This document shows positions 47,801 through 60,411 of a stretch of DNA of 64,000 nucleotides, piece by piece. The first letter of the stretch is position 1; every line of letters starts with the position of its first letter. Source of the DNA: Hormiphora californensis (Eukaryota; Animalia; Ctenophora); assembly GCA_020137815.1 (NCBI GenBank), contig CM035357.1:7998001-8062000 (forward strand), given 5' to 3'. The notes under the pieces were generated by a model. It did no database searches and was not told the origin of the DNA. It saw nothing but the letters and a program-made list of their open reading frames with translations. Made by a program: the position numbers and the translations under genes.

Positions 47801-50800
47801 AGATTACCCCTCTACCCCTGTTTAACTCAAAGAAGATTACCCCTCTACCCCTGATAAACTCAAAGAAGATTACCCCTCTACTCCTGGTTAACTCAAAGAA
47901 GATTACCCCTTTACCCCTGTTTAACTCAAAGAAAATTACCCCTCTACCCCTGTTTAATTCAAAGAAGATTACTCCTGTTTTTGGTTTCCTTTGTGCGGCA
48001 AATTCCCATTTCTTGGTAATAGTCCATCGCTCGAAGTTACACAAGAAAGTAACAGCTCTCCCCTGTTTTAGAGAATTGCCCCTCTACCCACTGTTTTAAC
48101 TCACAAAGGATAGCCCGGTTTGTAATGCTCTTGAGGGTGGTAGTAGTTTCCAGGGTGTTCAGGGGTGATATCGAGATGTAGGACTGCTGGAGAGTGCTTA
48201 TCTTGTACTGGGAGGCTAGCGAGGAAAACTCAGACCTGGAACGAGAGATTGGAAGTGATAATAAAGTATGAAAAATTCAACGGACAAGAGTTAGATGCCT
48301 TTACATAAGTCATAAGTAAAGAGGAAAAATGGTGGTAGAGCCCGATGTTTTTGCGACTACGTACGCTTTGGGAGGTGTGTCTAGGTAGAATTCAACGACA
48401 GTGACTTCATATCTCCTCAACTTGCTGTTCCAAAGATGGTACACGAGCCAGTTCTCACTGAGGAGCACGTGGGCTGGTCCACTGTACTGTTTGTGCCGTG
48501 AGTAATACACTTGCTCCCCTGTTACCATGTCATACACCAAGATATCAACGTGACCTGTGGAAAGTGGTAAGGAAGAGGGCAAATTCACCTTTTGGGTGGT
48601 TGGGTCAATTAGATAATTATGCAATGTATGGGTCAATTAGTATATGTACCTTTGTCAGTGCTCTCAACAGCGATAGCCATCACATTAGGATTAATGTACT
48701 TATGTAGAACGGACCTATCACCCAATGCTCGGCCCTGTAAAACAGAAAATTGTTACTCCTTCATAAATATCAACGGTACTCCTTGATAAACATATCCACA
48801 ACATACCTGAGAGTAGACTGCATCATTCTGGTCCTTGGATACGACAGAAAGTACAGAATCACCCCTAACATGAGTTGACCAGGTTTCCTCAACCATGGAA
48901 GATACTTCCACTACTTTGTACCCCGTAAGAGTTTGACCATTGAGGACAGTAAAAAATAGAGGAACAGAGGCCAGGGAGGAGTGAGGAGGGAAGGTATGTA
49001 CCTGAGGAGTAGATCAATTATTTGGTTTGTAATATATGAAAATTGGGTGCTAATAAAGAAGAACTGTACAATTTACCTTTTTGTCCTCAGTCAGTAGAAC
49101 CAAAATCTTAGAATAGTCCTCATCCTCAATGGGTGTCAATTGGGCTTGCATCAATTTGGAGGGGAACTGGTGTCGATATTCAATGGAGCAATCGAGGGGA
49201 TTTATCACTGTCAGCACGGTGCTTGTACCGTTCTGAGAAGGTAGGCTCATTAGCACTGTGTCTATTCAGTATGATATATGAAAGAGTATGGGAGGGGGAA
49301 CAGTATAATAGATGGGAGGGAGTATAATAGATCACTATTTACCACAGATGAGGCCAGGATAACCACATTTGCGGACAGGGGGTAATGGGATGATGTCCTT
49401 GTTACATGCATCTGGTACTTCCCAGTATCAAAGGGCTTTATTCCAGAGATAAGCCTGCTACAAACCAGTCTGCCACCCTTTGAGTGGAGTACGTGTACCT
49501 GAAAAACATGGTTATCGTCACTCCATTCTTACTAAAACATGGTTATCGTCCCTCCATTCTTACTAAAACATGGTTATCGTCCCTCCATTCTTACTAAAAC
49601 ATGGTTATCGTCCCTCCATTCTTACTAAAATGCATCTTGGCCCAATGCCAACATACCTTTCCGACGGTCGTCATGGTAACGATAAGCTTGTTCAAGTTAA
49701 ATGAGTCTCGCTCCATATCAGGAGAAGCGTCAACGTGGGCGGTTCCAAAGTAGATATTGATCATCTTGTTGAGATCAAGAAATTGGCTTTGAATTCGGTC
49801 AACCCATGCAGTGAACGGGTTACCGCTCGTGCTACGTTGATGGGTCAGGGGGTTCAGGGAGATAGAGGGCAAATCCATTAGCGTTGCTGTGGTAACTGTG
49901 AGGTTATACGGTTATTTGATGAGTTGGAAAGACAGAATTGGGAAGAAAACAGGGAATCAGTGGTAAGTGAAGTAGATAGAGTAAAGTGGACAGAATTGAC
50001 TGTGAAAAGCTTTGAATGATCAAGAAGGACAATATAACGTACCACTAGCAAGACTCTCCTCACGTATCCAAGTACATGAATCGTTGTCCCCCGTTACCAT
50101 TAGACTCTGGTCGGACCATGTCAAAAACACACCCGGTACTTTCACTGACGATACTGGGAGAGAGAGAGAAATATTGGATGACCCTGAGATATTGGATCAC
50201 CCTCAGACTTGAGAGGGTAGACCAAGAGATATTGCTGCCCCTCTAGAAGGCCTGGCTGTCACCCCATTGGCAGATAAGTGCCCTTACTAGTAGTGCAGGG
50301 ATGTGAGACGGAGAGGGGAGCGATGGAGACAACATGTCCTCTATTTGCTTCAAGAGTGTAGCTGTGGTGAACAAATCCATTAGATATTTGAACAAGAGAC
50401 ACGGTATTGTCAGTCACCATTATCATTTGGTCAGATCCAACTACTTGAGCAATAGCACCCTGGGTAATATGGGGTTTAGTTGTTGCTTCGAAGAGACTTA
50501 CTTGAACTAAGACTGATGTTTACCTTTTCAATTACTTTGACAGCCCGTGGAGTGCCATCCTTAAAGTTGATGAAAACGGAACCTTTATCACCCGCTCCGA
50601 TGAGCAATGATCTTCCGGCACTTTTTATTGAGTTCACCGGTTGGTTCACACCTGTAAACATTTGTTGTGTAGGTACAGCGTGGAAAACCAGGAATAGATA
50701 GAGTGGAAAATAAGGTTGAAAGACGATTTGGAAGTAGATTTATCGTACGACATACCGATATCCGCTAGTTCAACAGTTTGGAAGGAATCTGACCCCATAT

Positions 50801-53135
50801 TGAGGTAGTGAAGGGTAGTACCATCAAGTGCAGCCACGAGGTCATCGAGGAAAATCAAGCTGCAGGTGTTGTGAAGCTGTCAGCGATTTTGAAGAAATGA
50901 AGAAAGCCAGTCAGAATGCGCGCCGTTCCTTTTTCACTCCCACTCGAAGAACGCGCAAGAGGGTCTGTTCTGATTGCCCCGCGCCCTACAAACCTGCTCG
51001 GCAGAGAAAGGGCAGATGTGCCAATTGGTTGACCCGGAACATAGGAGAGAAGGAGAGATGTCTGACCATCAGAGAGAAGAACTTGTATACCAGATGAGGA
51101 TTTGATGTAACCGAGGGAGGAGAAACCAGCACTGAAACAAAGCTGTGAGGATGCGGCTAATAATCTGAATTTTAGGTTTCGTCTTCTTGGGAGGCTAGTT
51201 TTGAGGAGGCTAGTTTTGAAAACGTGGTATTGTGATTATTTGCTCATCAATTTACTCACGGTATATCGACTGTGTATGAGTTAGATGAGCTCAGTCCACC
51301 TACAGTAACTGTGTTGCGTCGCACAATTAGAAAACTCCCATCGGATAAGGGTGCTAGCTGGATAATATCTTTACCTGACACATCAGACACCAGGATACCT
51401 TGGAGGGGGGAGGGGTTAAACACTGCAAACTATCTAAATTGATAATGACGAATAGTAAAACCGCTCTCTATCGGTACCTAGGCATTTGTTTTAGAAAGTT
51501 CGCATGTTGTTATTCCAAGACTTCGGTAAAATGTTTTTTAGACATTTTTTATCTCTAGTCTAAAGGGACCCGAAAAGTTAGGATTTTCCTCTAACTGTCA
51601 AAATTTGGGTCAAAATTTGGGAATTTTGGGTCCTGACGGTGACCAATTTTTGTGTGCTATACCAAGTTATGGGAGGTAAATGAGGAACTTTGCTCTATCT
51701 CTCACCATCAATACTGGGTGTTCATTTTGGATCTTTACAAGCGTTGGGCTTCACCCAGAAAAAAGTTGACAAGATTAGGTCATGAAACTTCATACTTGGA
51801 CTATTCTATACCCTCATTCAAGGTTCCTGGGGGTTTTGGAGCTTTAGGACCCTGGGAAGTGTGTTTTTGGCATCAAAACTGCCAGAAGGAACTTTTTGCT
51901 GGTGCTGAGACTTTGCTAAAATGTTTTTTGCGTATTTTCTATGTCAATCCTAAAGTTTCATAGAGATTGGATGTGTTTTTCGGACTCAAAATTTCGATAA
52001 AAGTGGCTGGAAAAGCTCGAAAACAGCTCAAAAACGGCTAAAATTGAGTCTTACTTTTAGTGATGGTTTTGTATGGCTACCAATAATTTCCCTCATTCAA
52101 CCCAAATGAACTAACCAGTAATGCAATCCCAATACCGAAGTTGCCCAGTGGCATGTCTTGTAGCAAGAATATCACCACTCAGTAGAGGTCCCTCGACAAT
52201 CGAATCTCCGTGAGTAAACTTGTGCCTCCACACCACTTCCCCTGATCTCAGGTCCACAGCTAATTGAAGGTGGAAAGTAAACGCCATCGGAATTTGGTTT
52301 ACTGTATACTGTGTCTTTTGTATGGACTAAAAATGAAGAACCCAAAGAACTAACAGTAATGAGAGCAAACCGTGTTAGCGAGTGGATCGTTGTAGAGAGA
52401 AACAGAAGGCTCGACAATCGATCTCGTGAGTTAACTTGTGCTCCACGCATTCTCCTGACTCGGTCCACGCTAATCATTAACAGTACCGCCGACTGTCACT
52501 TTTTTACTGCTCCTCCACTACTCTTCTCCTGTTTGCGTGCCTACTCTCATACTCTCGACTACTGAGATCGACATCTAGATATCTAGGTACTGAGAGATGA
52601 CTCGATCCAGTGAGTACTCTAGCATAATTACGCGAGATCGTCCGTAGACGTTACTATGCCCGGATCTCTGAGGCCTAGTAGGTACTGGAGTCTCTCAGTA
52701 GCTATGAGCGTCTCATGTACTCTAGAGTCGATCATCGACTCTCGCTCTCTTCCGCTACTCTCGTAGCTATGTAGAGCGCTGAGAGAGAGATATCTTGTTT
52801 GTGAGTGACGTGTGTGTATGAAGTCCCTGCAGTATCTAAGGGCATAAATCATAATACTACATTCGGGAGACGTCTAACGCCTAAGTCTAATCGGACTCTA
52901 AGTATAATATTTAGGTTTTATAGTCGTTTTTTTTGCTCAAAATGTAGGAAGGACCATATGCCTACCAAGTCTAAAACAGGGGGACTCTATTATACGTCTA
53001 TTGTCTACTAAGTCTAAAACAGGGGGATGTGTATAGAAAAAACAAAGAAACAAACCAATCGTGGAGTCCAACTTGATCCTCATACAGCCCATAGACACAG
53101 GACAACAGAGCCAGTATCCATACCCATCCAGTCAT
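44840..53135 (-). CDS. EMC1: ER membrane protein complex subunit 1 (multi-exon)
   Basis: Signal peptide plus [11 protein letters not shown]; [20 protein letters not shown]; [18 protein letters not shown]; LLDPRRP...EGLLPY; GLESTS; [20 protein letters not shown] segment and ALNKKWK*. The exon 2 region (~52400-52950) is not cleanly readable. Confidence 0.95.
45902..46192 (+). CDS. Small secreted acidic peptide A, 64 aa (exons 45902-46037, 46134-46192), nested antisense in an EMC1 intron
   Basis: Signal peptide [18 protein letters not shown]; splicing the GTGAGT...TTTCAG intron gives [36 protein letters not shown], which aligns with peptide B; AATAAA just after the stop. Confidence 0.75.
46845..47039 (+). 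CDS. Small secreted acidic peptide B, 64 aa, intronless paralogue of peptide A
   Basis: Signal peptide [16 protein letters not shown]; [36 protein letters not shown]. Confidence 0.75.
   Translation: MFILLIVTTLLSVTAAEKSAATQDSPIMEMTEAAFEDIAGDIQFDAASAVPDLEIELGKICTEK
47626..47980. repeat. 33-bp intronic minisatellite (~10 copies)
   Basis: (aactcaaagaagattacccctctacccctgttt)n. Confidence 0.95.
49503..49630. repeat. 31-bp tandem repeat (4 copies) filling a short EMC1 intron
   Basis: (aaaacatggttatcgtccctccattcttact)n. Confidence 0.9.
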
Positions 53136-53199
53136 GCCTAAAATTACATGGATAACTACCGTGTGGGGCAATAAAAATGACCCCTCCCTTATCAGAGAA

Positions 53200-53370
53200 C
53201 TCCCTTTCACTCATGAGTTAAGCTTATATGTGACTCCAGGTGATAACGAAATATAGCCAAAGGATACAGTGAAAGACCTTGGCATCACCCTCTCAAACAA
53301 TGGCTCCTGGACAGACCATGTAATGAGAATTTCATCAGAAGCACGACGGATGGCCGCCTGGGCACTGAAT
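53200..53370 (+). mobile_element. LINE reverse transcriptase C-terminal fragment
   Basis: VKDLGITLSNNGSWTDHVMRISSEARRMAAWAL. Confidence 0.65.
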
Positions 53371-53473
53371 TTTACTCAATTGTGCAGCACACAATCCAAT
53401 ATTTTCTTAGAAAAAGCCGCAAAACGCAGCACACGCCGCTCTGGGTGTAACGACTGTGTAAAGACTGTGTAAA

Positions 53474-53731
53474 GTCGGATTTTTTGAAGTTGTCTCCCCC
53501 CTTTTGTCGCACGGCGTCGTATTTGCGCGTGACAGCCCCCACTTTCTCTCACTTTACGGCATAAAATCGCATATCATCGGAAAGAGCATAATTTTTTGAG
53601 TCCGTAAAACTTTTGATCGACGAAATCAGTCAAGAAAAAAAGGCGTGAGAGCCAAAACAAGTTTCCGATGCGCAAATAAAACATCGCACGCCACCCAGGG
53701 GGGGGGTGACAACTTCAAAAAATCCGACTTG
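53474..53731. mobile_element. MITE
   Basis: aagtcggattttttgaagttgtc(t)cccccc ... gggggg(t)gacaacttcaaaaaatccgactt. Confidence 0.85.
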
Positions 53732-53769
53732 AAACGCTGTGTAAATACTGAACTTTTTTAGGGATCCCT

Positions 53770-54283
53770 TTTGGCTAATTCAAAGTTTATCTGGTAGGAA
53801 ATGTGAAGGCCTAACCCCAACCCAAACCCCACCCCAACCCTAACCCTACTTTAGCACCAACCCTGAAAAACCGTTTGTCAGCACTCACGAAACACGGGCG
53901 CCGTTACGATCTGGGTGTTTGGAGGCCTGTTTACAGGTGCGCGCTGCCAAAAAAGTTGATTCACTAAAATGGCTCTAACCGCCAAACCACTCAACCGTTT
54001 TGACTGATTCAAAGTTTATCTGGTAGGGAATGTCAAGGCCTAACCCCAACCCAAACCCCAACCCTAACCCTACTTTAGCCCTAACCCTAAAAACCGTTTG
54101 TCAGCACTCCCAAAACACCCAGATTTTAACGCTGGCCACGAAACACCCAGATTTTAACGCTGCACTGGCCCCAGGGCCAGCGTTAAAATCGGGGTGTTTT
54201 GGGAGTGCTGACAAACGGTTTTTTAGGGTTAGGGCTAAAGTAGGGTTAGGGTTGGGGTTTGGGTTGGGGTTAGGCCTTGACAT
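53770..54283. repeat. TTAGGG-like interspersed repeat cluster including the palindrome 54030-54283
   Basis: atgtcaaggcctaaccccaacc... / ...ggttggggttaggccttgacat; same family as 2066-2360. Confidence 0.85.
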
Positions 54284-54500
54284 GTAAATGTAAATGTAAT
54301 GTAAATGTAATATAATCATTTATATATACCACTTTATAGTGTAAAATAATGGAGCACGCACCAACAGCCTACGCTTGACATACTCTCTCACTTTCAAAAG
54401 TGGTACAGATACAAAACACGAGCATAACAAAACACGAACATACAAACACGAACATAAACACGAACATACAAAACACGAAAATACAAATCACGAACATATA
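54284..54500 (-). mobile_element. LINE-type 3' end with (TTTACA)n tail
   Basis: The reverse complement matches 1740-1885 (attatt(t)tacacta.aaagtggtatat...atattacatttaca). Confidence 0.75.
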
Positions 54501-55459
54501 CCACGAACATTCAAAACACGATCATAACAGTTACTAGAACATCGGGACAAATAAATAGACCAACAAATCAACCCACCGACAAATAAATAGACCAACTAAT
54601 CAACCCACCGACAGACCACCAATAATAAATAAATAAATTAGCTGTCCTTCAAACATGCAGTCCTTGAGAGTGTGTATTTCGATACAGAGTTTGTTTCGGT
54701 GGATATTATTGTCTGGACATACAAGGCATAGTTTTTTATCGAGAAAAACGTTTAAAACGGAGTGTATGGTCTTCACTCTTCTTTCTTCGGCCTCTCTCAG
54801 CCAGTCTGCAACCTCATCTACTCAACTCTACACAAACTCGAAAGGCCAAGACATACCCTACCAGATAAACTTTGAATCAGCCAAAACGGTTGAGTGGTTT
54901 GGCGGTTAGAGCCATTTTAGTGAATCAACTTTTTTGGCAGCGCGCACCTGTAAACAGGCCTCCAAACACGGGCGCGATAATAATCTGGGTGCCTTGCAGC
55001 CTGTTTACAGGTGCGCGCTACCAAAAGAGTATATATATATATATATATACTTTATACGGGGCGGTGCGCGGCTTTCGACCGCTCTGGCCAATATGCGGCC
55101 GAAACATTTTTAGCTCGCGCGTTCCGTCGAAATACCCAATGCGGATGGTCCGCATTAGCTATTTTGACGTAAAGTCCATTTTTTTTCAACTGTTCACCCA
55201 AAATCGAAATTTCAGTGAAATTTAGAAACTTTGTGGTGCGCGCTATACGTTAACATGTGATAAACACGCAAAACAATTCCGCGCACGACTTTGGGGGGTG
55301 AACAGTTGAAAAAAAATGGAGTATAGCGCGCGGATAAATAAATACTGCGACGGCAAAAAAACCTGTGTGGCGCGCAGATTACACTAAAAATCCCATTCAA
55401 AACATCAAATTTTGAGAAAAATTTGCCCTTTTTCTTGAAAGTGTACTGATAGTAAAACC

Positions 55460-56850
55460 CCAGTTCCGTCTGTTCCTGGAGCTAAGAGCATGTTCGGAGA
55501 TACAGGGATGCAAATAACAGCAGATGGGGCAAGACATCTGGGAGCTTAGTAGTTATTGCGAAGGTCAATCCCCACCTTGCATACAGCAATTTTACGAGAA
55601 GCGGACAATAAATGTATATTTGTATTTGTATTTGTATTAAAGTTCAAGTGGGGTTTCATGCAGAGGACCATACCAGATGTAGCAGACCTCTTTCAGCCGC
55701 TAGAGGATCTCATTCGATCCGAACTGATCCCCTGTTTTGCCGGTAGACAGGTGTCTGATTTGGAGCGAGAAATGTTCGCACTTCCGACTAACCTAGGCGG
55801 AATGGGGATTGACAATCCTTTGCTCACCAGCGACAGGGCCTTTGCTAACTCATGTTTGTTAACCAAGCCACTGGTTGATGCTAATTGCTATTCTTGTATC
55901 ACATGAGATTGATTTGGATATGTCCAAAGTTGAGAAACTGGCTAGGGATGCCACACATGAAGGCCACAAGTCACAACTCTGAAATCTCTTAAGCAGTTGC
56001 TGACCAGGATATCATGCCCGAAACTAACTAGTGAGATGTCTTGACCTTGCAAGAGAATCTGGTGCATCTGGATGGCTTACGTGCTACATCCCTTCATCTC
56101 AGCCCCTCACGGGGCTGAGACAGCCTCTACGAAGAAGAAGAAGAAGGCTTACGACCAGGCCTTACCCCCATTTGGGCTTTGAACTTAACCAGTTAGAATT
56201 TGTTGACTCAATAGCTCTACGGTATGGATTTGAAGCGAAAGATCTAGGCTCAACATGTGCTTGTGGTAAGCCTAACGATACCGATCACACCATGTCATGT
56301 GCTAAGGGCGGTTATAAAATTCTCAGACACGATAATATCAGAGACCTTATGGCTGAGATTTGTTCATATGACGGCCTCAAAGCTGTTGAAACCGAAAAGC
56401 TTCTGCAACCATGTCCAGACGGTATCCAGTTTCACCCATCGGCAAACACTGCTCCTGACGCACGAATGGATGTGGTCGCACTAGACTTGTGGCGTAAATC
56501 GCAACTTGCCCACATGGATGTGAGAGTCTTTCATGCCAATGCGCCGTCCCATATCAACACGCCCATTGATCAACTCTACCGAAGGAATGAGTCAAGCAAA
56601 AAGCAATCATACGGTAAACGGGTTCGAGAAGTTGAGGGAGGGACATTTTCTCCATTGGTCATGAACACAGCGGGTGGGATAGCGAATGAGTTTCACAAAG
56701 TCTTGAAGACACTCTCATCCCGAATCTCAACAAGAACAGGAGAACCATATGCTGAAGTCATGGCACACCTCAGGACGAGGTTACGGTTCTCACTACTGAG
56801 GACATGCCTCATAGCCTTGAGAGGAAATCGGAGGAAGATCGCCATCGCCA
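55460..56850 (+). mobile_element. Degenerate RLE-type (CRE-like) non-LTR retrotransposon, 3' portion
   Basis: LPTNLGGMG, GASGWL, LRYG, zinc knuckle CACG...HTMSC, RHDNIRD and the restriction-like endonuclease RMD...AHMDVRV; stops and frameshifts upstream. Confidence 0.85.
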
Positions 56851-57009
56851 ACCTAGCTTGCACGGTTCTCTTGTATGGTAGGCTCCGGGCTGGCTTCAGC
56901 GTGAATCCGATATCAGGGTGCCTCTCCAGTGCTGTTCGCATACAGTTATCAAGCAAAATAATAAACATATAGGGCGCTATCCCCTTGCAACACCCCGGCG
57001 ACTATTTAA

Positions 57010-57310
57010 AATATGTCTGTGAGGCCGTCTGGGGTCAGGACTGGAGCTCTTGTATTACTGTACAGTGTACATCAACTGGGTGAGGTCGAAGATCTTCCCT
57101 GGGATGCCATAAGCTCTGAGGACTTTGATCATACGTTTCAGGTAAATGGAGTCGAAGGCTTTCACAAAATCCAAGAAGGCTACTGCCAGTGGTAGTTGTT
57201 TGGCTGTAGCTCCTTCGATGAGGATGTGACTGACTGTGGACCGTTCCTCTCTAAAACCGTTCTGGGAATCGAGCAAAACAGTCTCGATGTAAGGCCGTAT
57301 CCGGTAAAAA
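57010..57310 (-). mobile_element. RTE-like reverse transcriptase fragment
   Basis: QNGFREERST...AFLDFVKAFDSI...VLRAYGIP. Confidence 0.8.
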
Positions 57311-57965
57311 AAACATACGACTCATGGTTTTCGCAACTATAGCTTAGAGTATCCAGCACTAAAATTGCTCTAACCACCAAACCACTCAACCAAAGTTTAT
57401 CTGATAGGAAATGTTAAGCCCTAACCCCAACCCAAACCCCAGCCCTAATCTGTCACGTGATACGCCTAACAAGTGCTGCTCCTTTATAAGTCGTTCATGT
57501 CACGCTTCGTTGATGCAACAAAGGAAATGATTAACACGCATTGTGGCATATGAGTTTATGATCTTCACCTGTCAACAAACCAACGGTGCATACAGATAGG
57601 TAAAGCTGGTATTTAAAGTAAAACCTCAACATTTTGCACGTCAGTCGAAGATAAAACAACTCTTCTATCCCGACATTAATCAAAACTGAACTAAAAATGA
57701 TACATTCTCTGTAGTTTACTTCCCTAAAACAGTTTAACAAGAAGAAAAAATATATTTTATTCTATTCTGCATCTTGTGAATGTTTGTATTTTAATCATAT
57801 CATTGAATCGTCGTGTTTTTGGTGTACTGCTTTCGCTCTAGCCTTCATCTGAGTTTTTGCTTTCTCAGCCAACCGCTTACCCGCCTGAAAAAGAAAGAAA
57901 ATGTTTTTAAATTAAATAATATAAAGCTTCGCCAACCAAATCAAAATGTGGACATACATTCATAA

Positions 57966-58204
57966 ATAACGTCTGGGGCAAAAAATGTCCCCCCCCCTAG
58001 ACAAGCAAAGTTCCAGATATCGTGGAGCAAACACGAGGCACGCAGTGGTCATGTTTCTGACAGTTAGTCAGGTCATGTGATCCCCACCAAATCGTGGAGT
58101 ATTTTTATTTGCTAATCAGGCTTAGTGGTGGAGAATCACGTATCACAGCCGCCAATAAGGGATGATGATGATTGCTCATGAGATTTTTTTGCCCCAGACG
58201 TTAT
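57966..58204. mobile_element. Small MITE
   Basis: ataacgtctggggcaaaaaa ... ttttttgccccagacgttat. Confidence 0.75.
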
Positions 58205-58631
58205 ACTGTACTAACATTAAACATAAAAAAGGAATATTTGCACTATGTGATCATAGCGCAGCGTTTCTCTGTCGGCTTCCTTTAATTTTATATCATTATC
58301 AAGTTCAATGCTTGGAGTAGATTGGTAATCCGACCGCTTCTAATGGAATACATAGTGACATATATGAGTCACATTGGTTGTTTAACTTTGAAATAGCCTT
58401 GTGAGCGTGCTCATCAGGGTACAGGTGGACAATTTTTTAATTAACCCCCAACATCGCTGATTTCTGAACCTTGTTATTTGATCTTTTAGCATGAGGGAAA
58501 GATCAAATCAAGGGCCGCCTTCAGCAGCCCATGGGCAGGGAAAACTAAGTGGCGCTATAATAGCGCTATATATATATATATTATTATATATCACAGAATA
58601 CTCGTAGGAGGAGATTAAAATAATCAACATA

Positions 58632-60195
58632 CAAGGTGGGCCACGGATTGTTGGTCATGGTTAGCGAGGTGGTGCGTCAAAACGGTGATAGTTGTGAGAA
58701 TAAAAATTATGGGAGCACTCTGGATCAATTCCTTGGTAACTTTTTCCATAATTTTTTGTCAAAAATTCGAAAATTCATTTTTCATTCCTTCATTCATTTC
58801 TCGTTCATTCATGATGTGAGCATCCTAATTTTCCATCATTAGGCTATTTTTCTTTGGCTTGAATTTATCTTTCCAATGAGCACCATGAAAATGAAATTGA
58901 AGCACCAGGTCACTCAGCAGTCGAGAAAATGTTCATGCATGATTTTGGCTCTTTTTGCGACTTTCAAACAGCTGTATCACAGCTACCTTTCGTTCAATCT
59001 TCTTAAAACTTTGGGAAAACATTAGATAAGCAAAGATCTTTGCTCACAAGAAAAATCAAGGCCAAAGGTCAAAGTTCATTTTTCATTTTTGTTAGTTCAT
59101 TCCGTTCATTCAGGAACCAACATCCCTAAAGTGATGAAAAGGTTTGGGTTTTGTTTGGCCCATGTCCTGCAATGACAGAGAGGTGTAATAGCGTGTTTCC
59201 GGGCTAGTTTGTGGGTGTCCATGTGATCATGATGATATCTGACACCTTTTCTGAGCCATAACTAAGGGATTTTCTCAAATTCAAGCATGTAACTTGGTTT
59301 TTCTGCGATTAGTACCGTGCAGCAATGTTATGAGATCTCATAACACCTCAAAAATGATGATTAGCTCAATGAAATGAGTTGATTTATGATTGAAAAGATT
59401 AAAACCGATGACAAATTGAACGAAACGAACAATTACATCATCAATCAACTCATTTCATTGAGCTAATCATCATTTTTGAGGTGTTATGAGATCTCATAAC
59501 ATTGCTGCACGGTACTAATCGCAGAAAAACCAAGTTACATGCTTGAATTTGAGAAAATCCCTTAGTTATGGCTCAGAAAAGGTGTCAGATATCATCATGA
59601 TCACATGGACACCCACAAACTAGCCCGGAAACACGCTATTACACCTCTCTGTCATTGCAGGACATGGGCCAAACAAAACCCAAACCTTTTCATCACTTTA
59701 GGGATGTTGGTTCCTGAATGAACGGAATGAACTAACAAAAATGAAAAATGAACTTTGACCTTTGGCCTTGATTTTTCTTGTGAGCAAAGATCTTTGCTTA
59801 TCTAATGTTTTCCCAAAGTTTTAAGAAGATTGAACGAAAGGTAGCTGTGATACAGCTGTTTGAAAGTCGCAAAAAGAGCCAAAATCATGCATGAACATTT
59901 TCTCGACTGCTGAGTGACCTGGTGCTTCAATTTCATTTTCATGGTGCTCATTGGAAAGATAAATTCAAGCCAAAGAAAAATAGCCTAATGATGGAAAATT
60001 AGGATGCTCACATCATGAATGAACGAGAAATGAATGAAGGAATGAAAAATGAATTTTCGAATTTTTGACAAAAAATTATGGAAAAAGTTACCAAGGAATT
60101 GATCCAGAGTGCTCCCATAATTTTTATTCTCACAACTATCACCGTTTTGACGCACCACCTCGCTAACCATGACCAACAATCCGTGGCCCACCTTG
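58632..60195. mobile_element. 1.56-kb near-perfect foldback element, TA TSD
   Basis: TA|caaggtgggccacggattg ... caatccgtggcccaccttg|TA; ~755-bp arms and a ~50-bp spacer (~59390-59437). Confidence 0.95.
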
Positions 60196-60411
60196 TATAT
60201 AGTATGATAATATGTAGTACTATTATAGACATAATGTACAAAGAAAACGTTTCTAAAGACGTGCTCAGACGTCAGATATATATAATATACATTTTTCATC
60301 GAGGCTTGCATTTTTCCATCTTAAAGAAGATATTATTAACATGAAATATTTCAAAACGACCATCAGTGCTATTTTTACATATATTATGTATGCATTTTCT
60401 TACTTAGCACC

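Noticed and set aside
58636-60311. Duplicated gene (same 68-aa ORF on both strands)
   Set aside because: Mirror images within the foldback arms; no protein features.
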